This document shows, piece by piece, positions 1-10,800 of a DNA stretch of 64,000 nucleotides. Origin of the DNA: Balanoglossus misakiensis (lineage: Eukaryota > Animalia > Hemichordata). Where the stretch lies: positions 620,001 through 684,000 of the forward strand of contig CM082581.2 in assembly GCA_040954595.2 (NCBI GenBank), read 5' to 3'. Every line of letters starts with the position of its first letter. Positions within the stretch are counted from its first letter, which is position 1. The translations under genes were made by a program, and so were the position numbers. Below the pieces are notes generated by a model. That model did no database searches, was not told the origin of the DNA, and saw only the letters and a program-made list of their open reading frames with translations.

Positions 1-670
1 TCAGATTTTCTACAGCATGGCTTGGATAAAGCCCCGGCACTCTAGAGCAGAAACACGCGTACAGAGACCACGTTGATCAAGTCTGATCTCCTACGGCTTG
101 GCTCGACTAAAACCCCGGCACACTATGACAGACACTAGCGTTCGTTAGCAACGTTGATCAAGTCAGATTTCCTACGGCATGGCTTGGCTAAAGCCCTGGC
201 ACTCTAGAGCAGAAACACGCGTACAGAGACCACGTTGATCTACTCACATTTCCTTCGGCCTGGCACGGCTGATGCCCCGGCACTATATATAGGACACAGA
301 CTGGCGTAAGTTAACAACGGTAATCACGTCGGGTTTCCTACGGCCTGGCTCAGCTGAAGACCCGGCACTCTAGAGCAGAAACAGGCGTACATTGACCACG
401 TTGATCAAGTCAGATTTCCTACGGCGTGACTCGGCTGGTGCACCGGCTCTATATGACACAGACTGGCGTAAGTTATCAACGGTGATTACGTCGGATTTCC
501 TACGGCCTGGTTTAGCTGAAGCACCGGCGCTTTAGAGCGGAAACACGCGTACATTGACCACGATGATCAAGTCAGATCTCCTACGGCCTGGCTCGACTAA
601 AACCCCGGCACACCATGACAGACACTAGCGTTCGTTAGCAACGGTGATCAAGTCGGATTTCTTTCGGCCT
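1..670. repeat. GC-rich block of 81-bp monomers, A/B alternation giving a 162-bp dimer (example block; one per macro-unit)
   Basis: The TC(A/G/T)GAT(T/C)TCCTACGG-like anchor starts at 1, 82, 163, 244, 329, 410, 491, 572 and 653: 81-bp steps, one of 85 bp from an extra TATA. A-type monomers carry CTCTAGAGCAGAAAC; B-type carry (T/C)ATGACA(G/C)A. Confidence 0.95.
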
Positions 671-908
671 GGCTCTGCAAAAGACCCGACACTCTAGTAC
701 AAAGACGATGGCTAAGTCGGGCAAACCGAAGAGGGAAAGTCACAGCGGGTCAACACTCGACATTTGTTCGGGTAGGACTGCATTATTGCCTGTCAATTTA
801 TAGAGAGAGCCCGAATTTAACCAGGGCGTTTCAAACACCGACGTTAGTTGGGGGCACGGCCTTCAGTACTGCCGGGTAAGCTGACATCGGCGTACCGCAT
901 ATAATGTA

Positions 909-923
909 GGGGGGGGGGGGGGG
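909..923 (+). repeat. Length-variable poly-G tract at the GC/AT block boundary of the macro-unit
   Basis: G15 here; roughly G8 to G17 in other units (e.g. 37142, 49240). Confidence 0.9.
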
Positions 924-1890
924 TGACAGAACGGTTCAATACTACATTTATTAGATATCAGCTAATTTTGGACAATCATCTAAAATCTAAATCATTTTTT
1001 CATATTTGGATGTCTGATGATGTATGAAATTTCCATTATATGTAAAAAAGGTGCTGATTATAAAAAATGCACTCTGAATGAACTGATTTAATACAAGATT
1101 GCATTTTATTCGTTTTTGCACCAAAAAGGTCATTTTTAGGCAAAACATTCTTTATTTTATTAATTCGGTGACCTGATCATATATAAACAATTGCTTGTAT
1201 GTTAAAAGTTTTTATGACTTTTAAAAGCAGTGACACTGGCGGCATTCATCACGAAAATAACAATTTTAGCCACAATTTGGTCAAAAATGGTAAATTTTTG
1301 AAAATTACGAAAAATACCTGTTTTCTACATTTTCGGAAATCTGATGGAGTTTAGAATGCTCTTCGTATGTATATATCGATACAAATTCCACAAAAGACCG
1401 TCTAATTTGGCTCACTGCAGACAAAATTGCGTTTTACCAAATTTTCCTTGAAAATGTCATTTTAGAAAAAAAAATAAAAAACCTTTGTTCTTCGAATTTG
1501 ATGCCCTGATCATATATGACATGTTCATTGTATGTTAAAGCTTTCGACCACTCCAAAAATGCTGAGATATTGACGGAATTCAAGAAAAAATAGCCATTTT
1601 GGCCATATTTTGGCAAAAATGGTAAATTTTAAAAAAATCTTTAAAAATTAACTGTTTTCTTCATTTTCGGAAATATTATGGAGCATGAAGTGTCGTTCTC
1701 TTGTAAAAAGTGCTGCAAATTCCAGAAAAGGCGGTATAATTTAAATCACCCAAGACAAAATTACCATTTTCGACTTTTTTTCGAAAAATTGTCTTTTTTT
1801 ACAAAATAAATAAGAATAAATTCTTTTCTTAGTTTCAAACGGGTAGAGATACCTTCCACACAGGTTTTCTAACATTGAATTCCCATTCAT
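924..1890. repeat. AT-rich block of degenerate ~165-bp subunits (example block)
   Basis: A TT(C/T)GG...CTGAT-like anchor occurs at 1014, 1173, 1341, 1506 and ~1675 (steps 159-169 bp). Alternate subunits are more alike (CTGATCATATAT...TGTATGTTAAA at 1173 and 1506; TTTTCGGAAAT at ~1330 and ~1665). Confidence 0.75.
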
Positions 1891-4800
1891 CAACTCAGAT
1901 TTCCTACAGCATAAGTCGGCTAAAACCCTGACACTCTAGAGCAGAAACAGTTGCTCACTGGTAACGTTGAACAAGTCGATTTTTCTACAGCCTGGCTCGG
2001 CTAAATCTCCGTCACAATATGACAGACACTAGCGTACGTTAGCAACGGTGATCAAGTCAGATTTCCTACGGCATGGCTTGGCTAAAGCCCTGGCACTCTA
2101 GAGCAGAAACACGCGTACAGAGACCACGTTGATCTACTCACATTTCCTTCGGCCTGGCACAGCTGATTCCCCGGCACTATATATAGGACACAGACTGGCG
2201 TAAGTTAACAACGGTAATCACGTCGGGTTTCCTACGGCCTGGCTCAGCTGAAGCCCCGGCACTCTAGAGCAGAAACAGGCGTACATTGACCACGTTGATC
2301 AAGTCAGATTTCCTACGGCGTGACTCGGCTGGTGCACCGGCTCTATATGACACAGACTGGCGTAAGTTATCAACGGTGATTACGTCGGCTTTCCTACGGC
2401 CTGGTTTAGCTGAAGCCCCGGCACTTTAGAGCGGAAACACGCGTACATTGACCACGATGATCAAGTCAGATCTCCTACGGCTTGGCTCGACTAAAACCCC
2501 GGCACACTATGACAGACACTAGCGTTCGTTAGCAACGTTGACCAAGTCAGATTTCCTACGGCATGGCTTGGCTAAAGCCCTGGCATTCTAGAGCAGAAAC
2601 ACGCGTACAGAGACCACATTGATCTACTCACATTTCCTTACGCCTGGCACGGCTGATGCCCAGGCACTATATATAGGACACAGACTGGCGTGAGTTAACA
2701 ACGGTAATCACGTCGCGTTTCTTACGGCCTGGATCAGCTGAAGCCCCGGCACTCTAGAGCAGAAACAGGCGTACATTGACCACGTTGATCAAGTCAGATT
2801 TCCTACGGCCTGGCTCGACTAAAACCCCGGCACACCATGACAGACACTAGCGTTCGTTAGCAACGGTGATCAAGTCGGATTTCCTTCGGCCTGGCTCGGC
2901 AAAAGACCCGACACTCTAGTACAAAGACGTTGGCTAAGTCGGGCCAAACGAAGAGGGAAAGTCACAGCGGGTCAACACTCGACATTTGTTCGGGTAGGAC
3001 TACATTATTGCCTGTCAATTTATAGAGAAAGCCCGAATTTAACCAGGGCGTTTCAAACACCGACGTTAGTTGGGGGCACGGCCTGCAGTACTGCCGGGTA
3101 AGCTGACATCGGCGTACCGCATATAATGTAGGGGGGGGGGGGGGAAACAGAACGGTTCAATACTACATTTATTAGATATCAGCTAATTTTGGACAATCAT
3201 CTAAAATCTAAATCATTTTTTCATATTTGGATATCTGATGATGTATGAAATTTCCATTATATGTAAAAATGGTGCTGATTATAAAAAATGCACTCTGAAT
3301 GAGCTGATTTAATACAAAATTACGTTTTATTCGTTTTTGCACCTAAAAGGTCATTTTTAGGCAAAACATTATTTTTTTAATTCAGGGGGGAAACAGAACG
3401 GTTCAATACTACATTTATTAGATATCAGCTAATTTTGGACAATCATCTAAATCATTTTTTTCATATTTGGATATCTGATGATGTATGAAATTTCCATTAT
3501 ATATGTGAAAATGGTGCTGATTATAAAAAATGCACTCTGATTTAATACAAAATTGCGTTTTATTCGTTTTTGCACCAAAAAGGTCATTTTTAGGCAAAAC
3601 ATTCTCTATTTTTTTAATTCGGTGACCTGATCATATATAAAGAATTGCTTGTATGTTAAAAGTTTTTATGACTTTTAAAAGCAGTGACATTGGCGGCATT
3701 CAACACGAAAATAACAATTTTAGCCACAATTTGGTCAAAATGGAAAATTTTTCAAAATTACAAAAAATACCTGTTTTCTACATTTTCGGAAATCTGATGG
3801 AGTATAGAATGCTCTTCGTATGTATATATCGATACAAATTCCACAAAAGACCGTCTTATTTGGCTCACTGCAGACAAAATTGCGTTTTACCAAATATTCC
3901 TTGAAAATATCATTTTTAGAAAAAAAATAAAAAAACCTTTGTTCTTCGAATTTGGTGCCCCGATCATATATGACATGTTGATTGTATGTTAAAACTTTCG
4001 ACCACTCCAAAAATGCAGAGATATTGACGGAATTCAAGATAAAATAGCCATTTTGGCCATATTTTGACAAAAATGGTAAATTTTTAAAAAATCATAAAAA
4101 ATTAACTCTTTTCTTCATTTTCGGAAATATTATGGAGCATGAAGTGTCGTTCTCTTGTAAAAAGTGCTGCATATTCCAGAAAAGGTGGTATAATTTGAAT
4201 CACCCAAGACAAAATTACCATTTTCGCCTTTTTTTTCGAAAAATTGTCTTTTTTACAAAATAAATAAGAATAAATTCTTTTCTTAGTTTCAAACGGGTAG
4301 AGATACTTTCCACACGGGTTTTCTAACATTGAATTCCCGTTCATCAACTCTGATTTCCTACAGCATAAATCGGCTAAAACCCTGACACTCTAGAGCAGAA
4401 ACAGTTGCACACTGATAACGTTGAACAAGTCGATTTTTTTACGGCCTGGCTCGGCTAAATCTCCGTCACAATATGACAGACACTAGCGTACGTTAGCAAC
4501 GGTGATCAAGTCAGATTTTCTACAGCATGGCTTGGATAAGGCCCCGGCACTCTAGAGCAGAAACACGCGTACAGAGACCACGTTGATCAAGTCTGATCTC
4601 CTACGGCTTGGCTCGACTAAAACCCCGGCACACTATGACAGACACTAGCGTTCGTTAGCAACGTTGATCAAGTCAGATTTCCTACGGCATGGCTTTGCTA
4701 AAGCCCTGACACTCTAGAGCAGAAACACGCGTACATTGACCACGTTGATCAAGTCAGATTTCCTACGGCGTGACTCGGCTGGTGCACCGGCTATATATGA

Positions 4801-7800
4801 CACAGACTGGCGTAAGTTATCAACGGTGATTACGTCGGATTTCCTACGGCCTGGTTTAGATGAAGCCCCGGCACTTTAGAGCTTAAACACGCGTACATTG
4901 ACCACGATGATCAAGTCAGATCTCCTACGGCCTGGCTCGACTAAAACCCCGGCACACCATGACAGACACTAGCGTTCGTTAGCAACGGTGATCAAGTCGG
5001 ATTTCCTTCGGCCTGGCTCTGCAAAAGACCCGACACTCTAGTACAAAGACGTTGGCTAAGTCGGGCAAACCGAAGAGGGAAAGTCACAGCGGGTCAACAC
5101 TCGACATTTGTTCGGGTAGGACTGCATTATTGCCTGTCAATTTATAGAGAAAGCCCGAATTTAACCAGGGCGTTTCAAACACCGACGTTAGTTGGGGGCA
5201 CGGCCTGCAGTACTGCCGGGTAAGCTGACATCGGCGTACCGCATATAATGTAGGGGGGGGGGGGGGGAAACAGAACGGTTCAATACTACATTTATTAGAT
5301 ATCAGCTAATTTTGGACAATCATCTTAAATATATCTTATTCATTTTTTCATATTTGGATATCTGATGATGTATGAAATTTCCATTATATATAAAAATGGT
5401 GCTGATTATAAAAAATGCACTCTGAATGAGCTGATTTAATACAAAATTACGTTTTATTCGTTTTTGCACCTAAAAGGTCATTTTTAGGCAAAACATTCTT
5501 TATTTTTGTAATTCGGTGACCTGATCATATATAAAGAATTGCTTGTATGTTAAAAGTTTTTATGACTTTTAAATGCAGTGACACTAGCGGCATTCAACAC
5601 GAAAATAAAAATTTTAGCCACAAATTGGTCAAAATGGTAAATTTTTGAAAATTACAAAAAATACCTGTTTTCTACATTTTCGGAAATCTGATGGAGTATA
5701 GAATGCTCGTCGTATGTATATATCGATACAAATTCCACAAAAGACCGTCTAATTTGGCTCACTGCAGACAAAATTGCGTTTTACCAAATTTTCATTGAAA
5801 ATGTCATTTTTAGAAAAAAAATAAAAAAACCTTTGTTCTTCGAATTTGGTGCCCTGATCATATATGACATGTTGATTGTATGTTAAAACTTTCGACCACT
5901 CCAAAAATGCAGAGATATTGACGGAATTCAAGAAAAAATAGCCATTTTGGCCATATTTTGAGAAAAATGGTAAATTTTTAAAAAATCATAAAAAAATAAC
6001 TCTTTTCTTCATTTTCGGAAATATTATGGAGCATGAAGTGTCGTTCTCTTGTAAAAAGTGCTGCAAATTCCAGAAAAGGCGGTATAATTTGAATCACCCA
6101 AAACAAAATTACCATTTTCGACTTTTTTTCGAAATATTGTCTTTTTTACAAAATAAATAAGAATAAATGCTTTTCTTAGTTTCAAACGGGTAGAGATACT
6201 TTCCACACGGGTTTTCTAGCAATGAATTCTCGTTAATCAACTCAGATTTCCTACAGCATAAGTCGGCTAAAACCCTGACACTCTAGAGCAGAAACAGTTG
6301 CACACTGGTAACGTTGAACAAGTCGATTTTCCTGCGGCCTGGCTCGGCTAAATCTCCGTCACAATATGACAGACACTAGCGTACGTTAGCAACGGTGATC
6401 AAGTCAGATTTTCTACGGCATGGCTTGGATAAAGCCCCGGCACTCTAGAGCAGAAACACGCGGACAGAGACCACGTTGATCTACTCACATTTCCTTCGGC
6501 CTGGCACGGCTGATGCCCCGGCACTATATATAGGACACAGACTGGCGTAAGTTAACAACGGTAATCACGTCGGGTTTCCTACGGCCTGGCTCAGCTGAAG
6601 CCCCGGCACTCTAGAGCAGAAACAGGCGTACATTGACCACGTTGATCAAGTCAGATTTCCTACGGCGTGACTCGGCTGGTGCACCGGCTCTATATGACAC
6701 AGACTGGCGTAAGTTATCAACGGTGATTACGTCAGATTTCCTACGGCCTGGTTTAGCTGAAGCACCGGCGCTTTAGAGCGGAAACACGCGTACATTGACC
6801 ACGATGATCAAGTCAGATCTCCTACGGCCTGGCTCGACTAAAACCACGGCACACCATGACAGACACTAGCGTTCGTTAGCAACGGTGATCAAGTCGGATT
6901 TCCTTCGGCCTGGCTCTGCAAAAGAACCGACACTCTAGTACAAAGACGTTGGCTAAGTCGGGCAAACCGAAGAGGGAAAGTCACAGCGGGTCAACACTCG
7001 ACATTTGTTCGGGTAGGACTGTATTATTGCCTGTCAATTTATAGAGAAAGCCCGAATTTAACCAGGGCGTTTCAAACACCGACGTTAGTTGGGGGCACGG
7101 CCTGCAGTACTGCCGGGTAAGCTGACATCAGCGTACCGCATATAATGTAGGGGGGGGGGGGGAACAGAACGGTTCAATACTACATTTATTAGATATTAGC
7201 TAATTTTGGACAATCATCTAAAATCTAAATCATTTTTTCATATTTTGATATCTGATGATGTAAAAATGGTGCTGATTCTAAAAAATGCACTCTGAATGAG
7301 CTGATTTAATACAAAATTGCGTTTTATTCGTTTTTGCACCAAAAAGGTCATTTTTAGGCAAAACATTCTTTATTTTTTTAATTCGGTGACCTGATCATAT
7401 ATAAACAATTGCTTGTATGTTAAAAGTTTTTATGACTTTTATAAGCAGTGACACTGGCGGCATTCAACACGGAAATAACAATTTTAGCCACAATTTGGTC
7501 AAAATGGTAAATTTTTGAAAATTACAAAAAATACATGTTTTCTACATTTTCGGAAATCTGATGGAGTATAGAATGCTCTTCGTATGTATATATCGATACA
7601 AATTCCACAAAAGACCGTCTAATTTGGCTCACTGCAGACAAAATTGCGTTTTTCCAAATTTTCCTTGAAAATGTCATTTTTAGAAAAAAAAATGAATAAA
7701 ACCTTTGTTCTTCGAATTTGGTGCCCTGATCATATATGACATGTTGATTGTATGTTAAAACTTTCGACCACTCCAAACATGCAGAGATATTGACGGAATT

Positions 7801-10800
7801 CAAGATAAAATAGCCATTTTGGCCATATTTTGACAAAAATGGTAATTTTTTAAAAAATCATAAAAAATTAACTCTTTTCTTCATTTTCGGAAATATTATG
7901 GAGCATGAAGTGTCGTTCTCTTGTAAAAAGTGCTGCAAATTCCAGAAAAGGCGGTATAATTTGAATCACCCAAGACAAAACTACCATTTTCGACTTTTTT
8001 TCGAAATATCGTCTTTTTTACAAAATAAATAAGAATAAATTCTTTTCTTAGTTTCAAACGGGTAGAGATACTTTCCACACGGGTTTTCTGACAATGAATT
8101 TCCGTTCATCAACTCAGATTTCCTACAGCATAAGTCAGCTAAAACCCTGACACTCTAGAGCAGAAACAGTTGCACAAATGGTAACGTTGAACAAGTCGAT
8201 TTTTCTACGGCCTGGCTTGGATAAAGCCCCGGCACTCTAGAGCAGAAACAGGCGTACGTTAGCAACGGTGATCAAGTCAGATTTTCTACGGCCTGGCTTG
8301 GATAAAGCCCCGGCACTCTAGAGCAGAAACAGGCGTACAGAGACCACGTTGATCAAGTCAGATTTCCTACGGCGTGACTCGGCTAGTGCACCGGCTCTAT
8401 ATGACACAGACTGGCGTAAGTTATCAACGGTGATTACGTCGGATTTCCTACGGCCTGGTTTAGCTGAAGCCCCGGCACTTTAGAGCGGAAACACGCGTAC
8501 ATTGACCACGAAGATCAAGTCAGATCTCCTACGGCTTGGCTCGACTAAAACCCTGGCACACTATGACAGACACTAGCGTTCGTTAGCAACGTTGATCAAG
8601 TCAGATTTCCCGCGGCATGGCTTGGCTAAAGCCCTGGCACTCTAGAGCACAAACACGCGTACAGAGACCACATTGATCTACTCACATTTCCTTCGGCCTG
8701 GCACGGCTGATGCCCCGGCACTATATATAGGACACAGACTGGCGTAAGTTAACAACAGTAATCACGTCGGGTTTCCTACGGCCTGGATCAGCTAAATCTC
8801 CGTCACAATATGACAGACACTAGCGTACGTTAGCAACGGTGATCAAGTCAGATTTTCTACGGCATGGCTTAGATAAAGCCCCGGCACTCTAGAGCAGAAA
8901 CACGCGTACAGAGACCACGTTGATCAAGTCTGATTTCCTACGGCTTGGCTCGACTAAAACCCAGGCACACTATGACAGACACTAGCGTTCGTTAGCAACG
9001 TTGATCAAGTCAGATTTCCTACGGCATGGCTTGGCTAAAGCCCCGGCACTCTAGAGCAGAAACACGCGTACAGAGACCACGTTGATCAAGTCTGATTTCC
9101 TACGGCTTGGCTCGACTAAAACCCAGGCACACTATGACAGACACTAGCGTTCGTTAGCAACGTTGATCAAGTCAGATTTCCTACGGCATGGCTTGGCTAA
9201 AGCCCTGGCACTCTAGAGCAGAAACACGCGTACAGAGACCACGTTGATCTACTCACATTTCCTTCGGCCTGGCACGGCTGATGCCCCGGCACTATATATA
9301 GGACACAGACTGGCGTAAGTTAACAACGGTAATCACGTCGGGTTTCCTACGGCCTGGCTCAGCTGAAGCCCCGGCACTCTAGAGCAGAAACAGGCGTACA
9401 TTGACCACGTTGATCAAGTCAGATTTCCTACGGCGTGACTCGGCTGGTGCACCGGCTCTATATGACATAGACTGGCGTAAGTTATCAATGGTGATTACGT
9501 CGGATTTCCTACGGCCTGGTTTAGCTGAAGCCCCGGCGCTTTAGAGCGGAAACACGCGTACATTGCCCACGATGATCAAGTCAGATCTCCTACGGCCTGG
9601 CTCGACTAAAACCCCGGCACACTATGACAGACACTAGCGTTCGTTAGCAACGGTGATCAAGTCGGATTTCCTTCGGCCTGGCTCTGCAAAAGACACGACA
9701 CTCTAGTACAAAGACGTTGGCTAAGTCTGGCAAACCGAAGAGGGAAAGTCACAGCGGGTCAACACTCGACATTTGTTCGGGTAGGACTGCATTATTGCCT
9801 GTCAATTTATAGAGAAAGCCCGAATTTAACCAGGGCGTTTCAATCACCGACGTTAGTTGGGGGCACGGCCTGCAGTACTGCCGGGTAAGCTGACATCAGC
9901 GTACCGCATATAATGTAGGGGGGGGGGGAAACAGAACGGTTCAATACTACATTTATTAGATATCAGCTAATTTTGGACAATCATCTAAAATCTAAATCAT
10001 TTTTTCATATTTGGATATCTGATGATGTATGAAATTTCCATTATATGTAAAAATGGTGCTGATTATAAAAAATGCACTCTGAATGAGCTGATTTAATACA
10101 AAATTGCGTTTTATTCGTTTTTGCACCAAAAAGGTCATTTTTAGGCAAAACATTCTTTATTTTTTTAATTCGGTGACCTGATCATATATAAACAATTGCT
10201 TGTATGTTAAAAGTTTTTATGACTTTTAAAAGCAGTGACACTGGCGGCATTCAACACGAAAATAACAACTTTAGCCACAATTTGGTCAAAATGGTAAATT
10301 TTTGAAAATTACAAAAAATACCTGTTTTCTACATTTTCGGAAATCTGATGGAGTATAGAATGCTCTTCGTATGAATATATCGATACAAATTCCACAAAAG
10401 ACCGTCTAATTTGGCTCACTGCAGACAAAATTGCATGTCATCAAATTTTGCTTGAAAATGTGATTTTTAGAAAAAATAATAAAAAAACCTTTGTTCTTCG
10501 AATTTGGTGCCCTGATCATATATGATATGTTAAGTGTATGTTAAAACTTTCGACCACTCCCAAAATGCAGAGATATTGACGGAATTCAAGAAAAAAATAG
10601 CCATTTTGGCCATATTTTGTCAAAAATGGTAAATTTTTAAAAAATCATAAAAAATTAACTCTTTTCTTCATTTTCGGAAATATTATGGAGCATGAAGTGT
10701 CGTTCTCTTGTAAAAAGTGCTGAAAATTCCAGAAAAGGCGGTATAATTTGAATCACCCAAGACAAAATTACCATTTTCGACTTTTTTTCGAAAAATTGTC

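Noticed and set aside
401-660. 81 bp = 27 codons, possible repeat-protein gene with TAG read-through
   Set aside because: TAG stops in most monomers, a fixed +4 insertion breaks the frame in nearly every unit, and by eye monomer differences hit all three codon positions.
1-670. CRISPR-like array
   Set aside because: Monomers are homologous over their whole length and recur in every unit; no unique spacers, no cas genes, and the context is eukaryotic.
700-725. U2 snRNA-like words (TGGCTAAG, GATCAAGT)
   Set aside because: The words are not adjacent, and the branch-recognition GTAGTA and the rest of U2 are absent. No 5S or SL RNA recognised either.
1008-1036. Hammerhead ribozyme core CTGATGA...GAAA
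   Set aside because: Only 5 nt (TGTAT) between the motifs, so no helix II, and no convincing helix I/III. It is one variant of the degenerate CTGAT anchor of the AT subunits.
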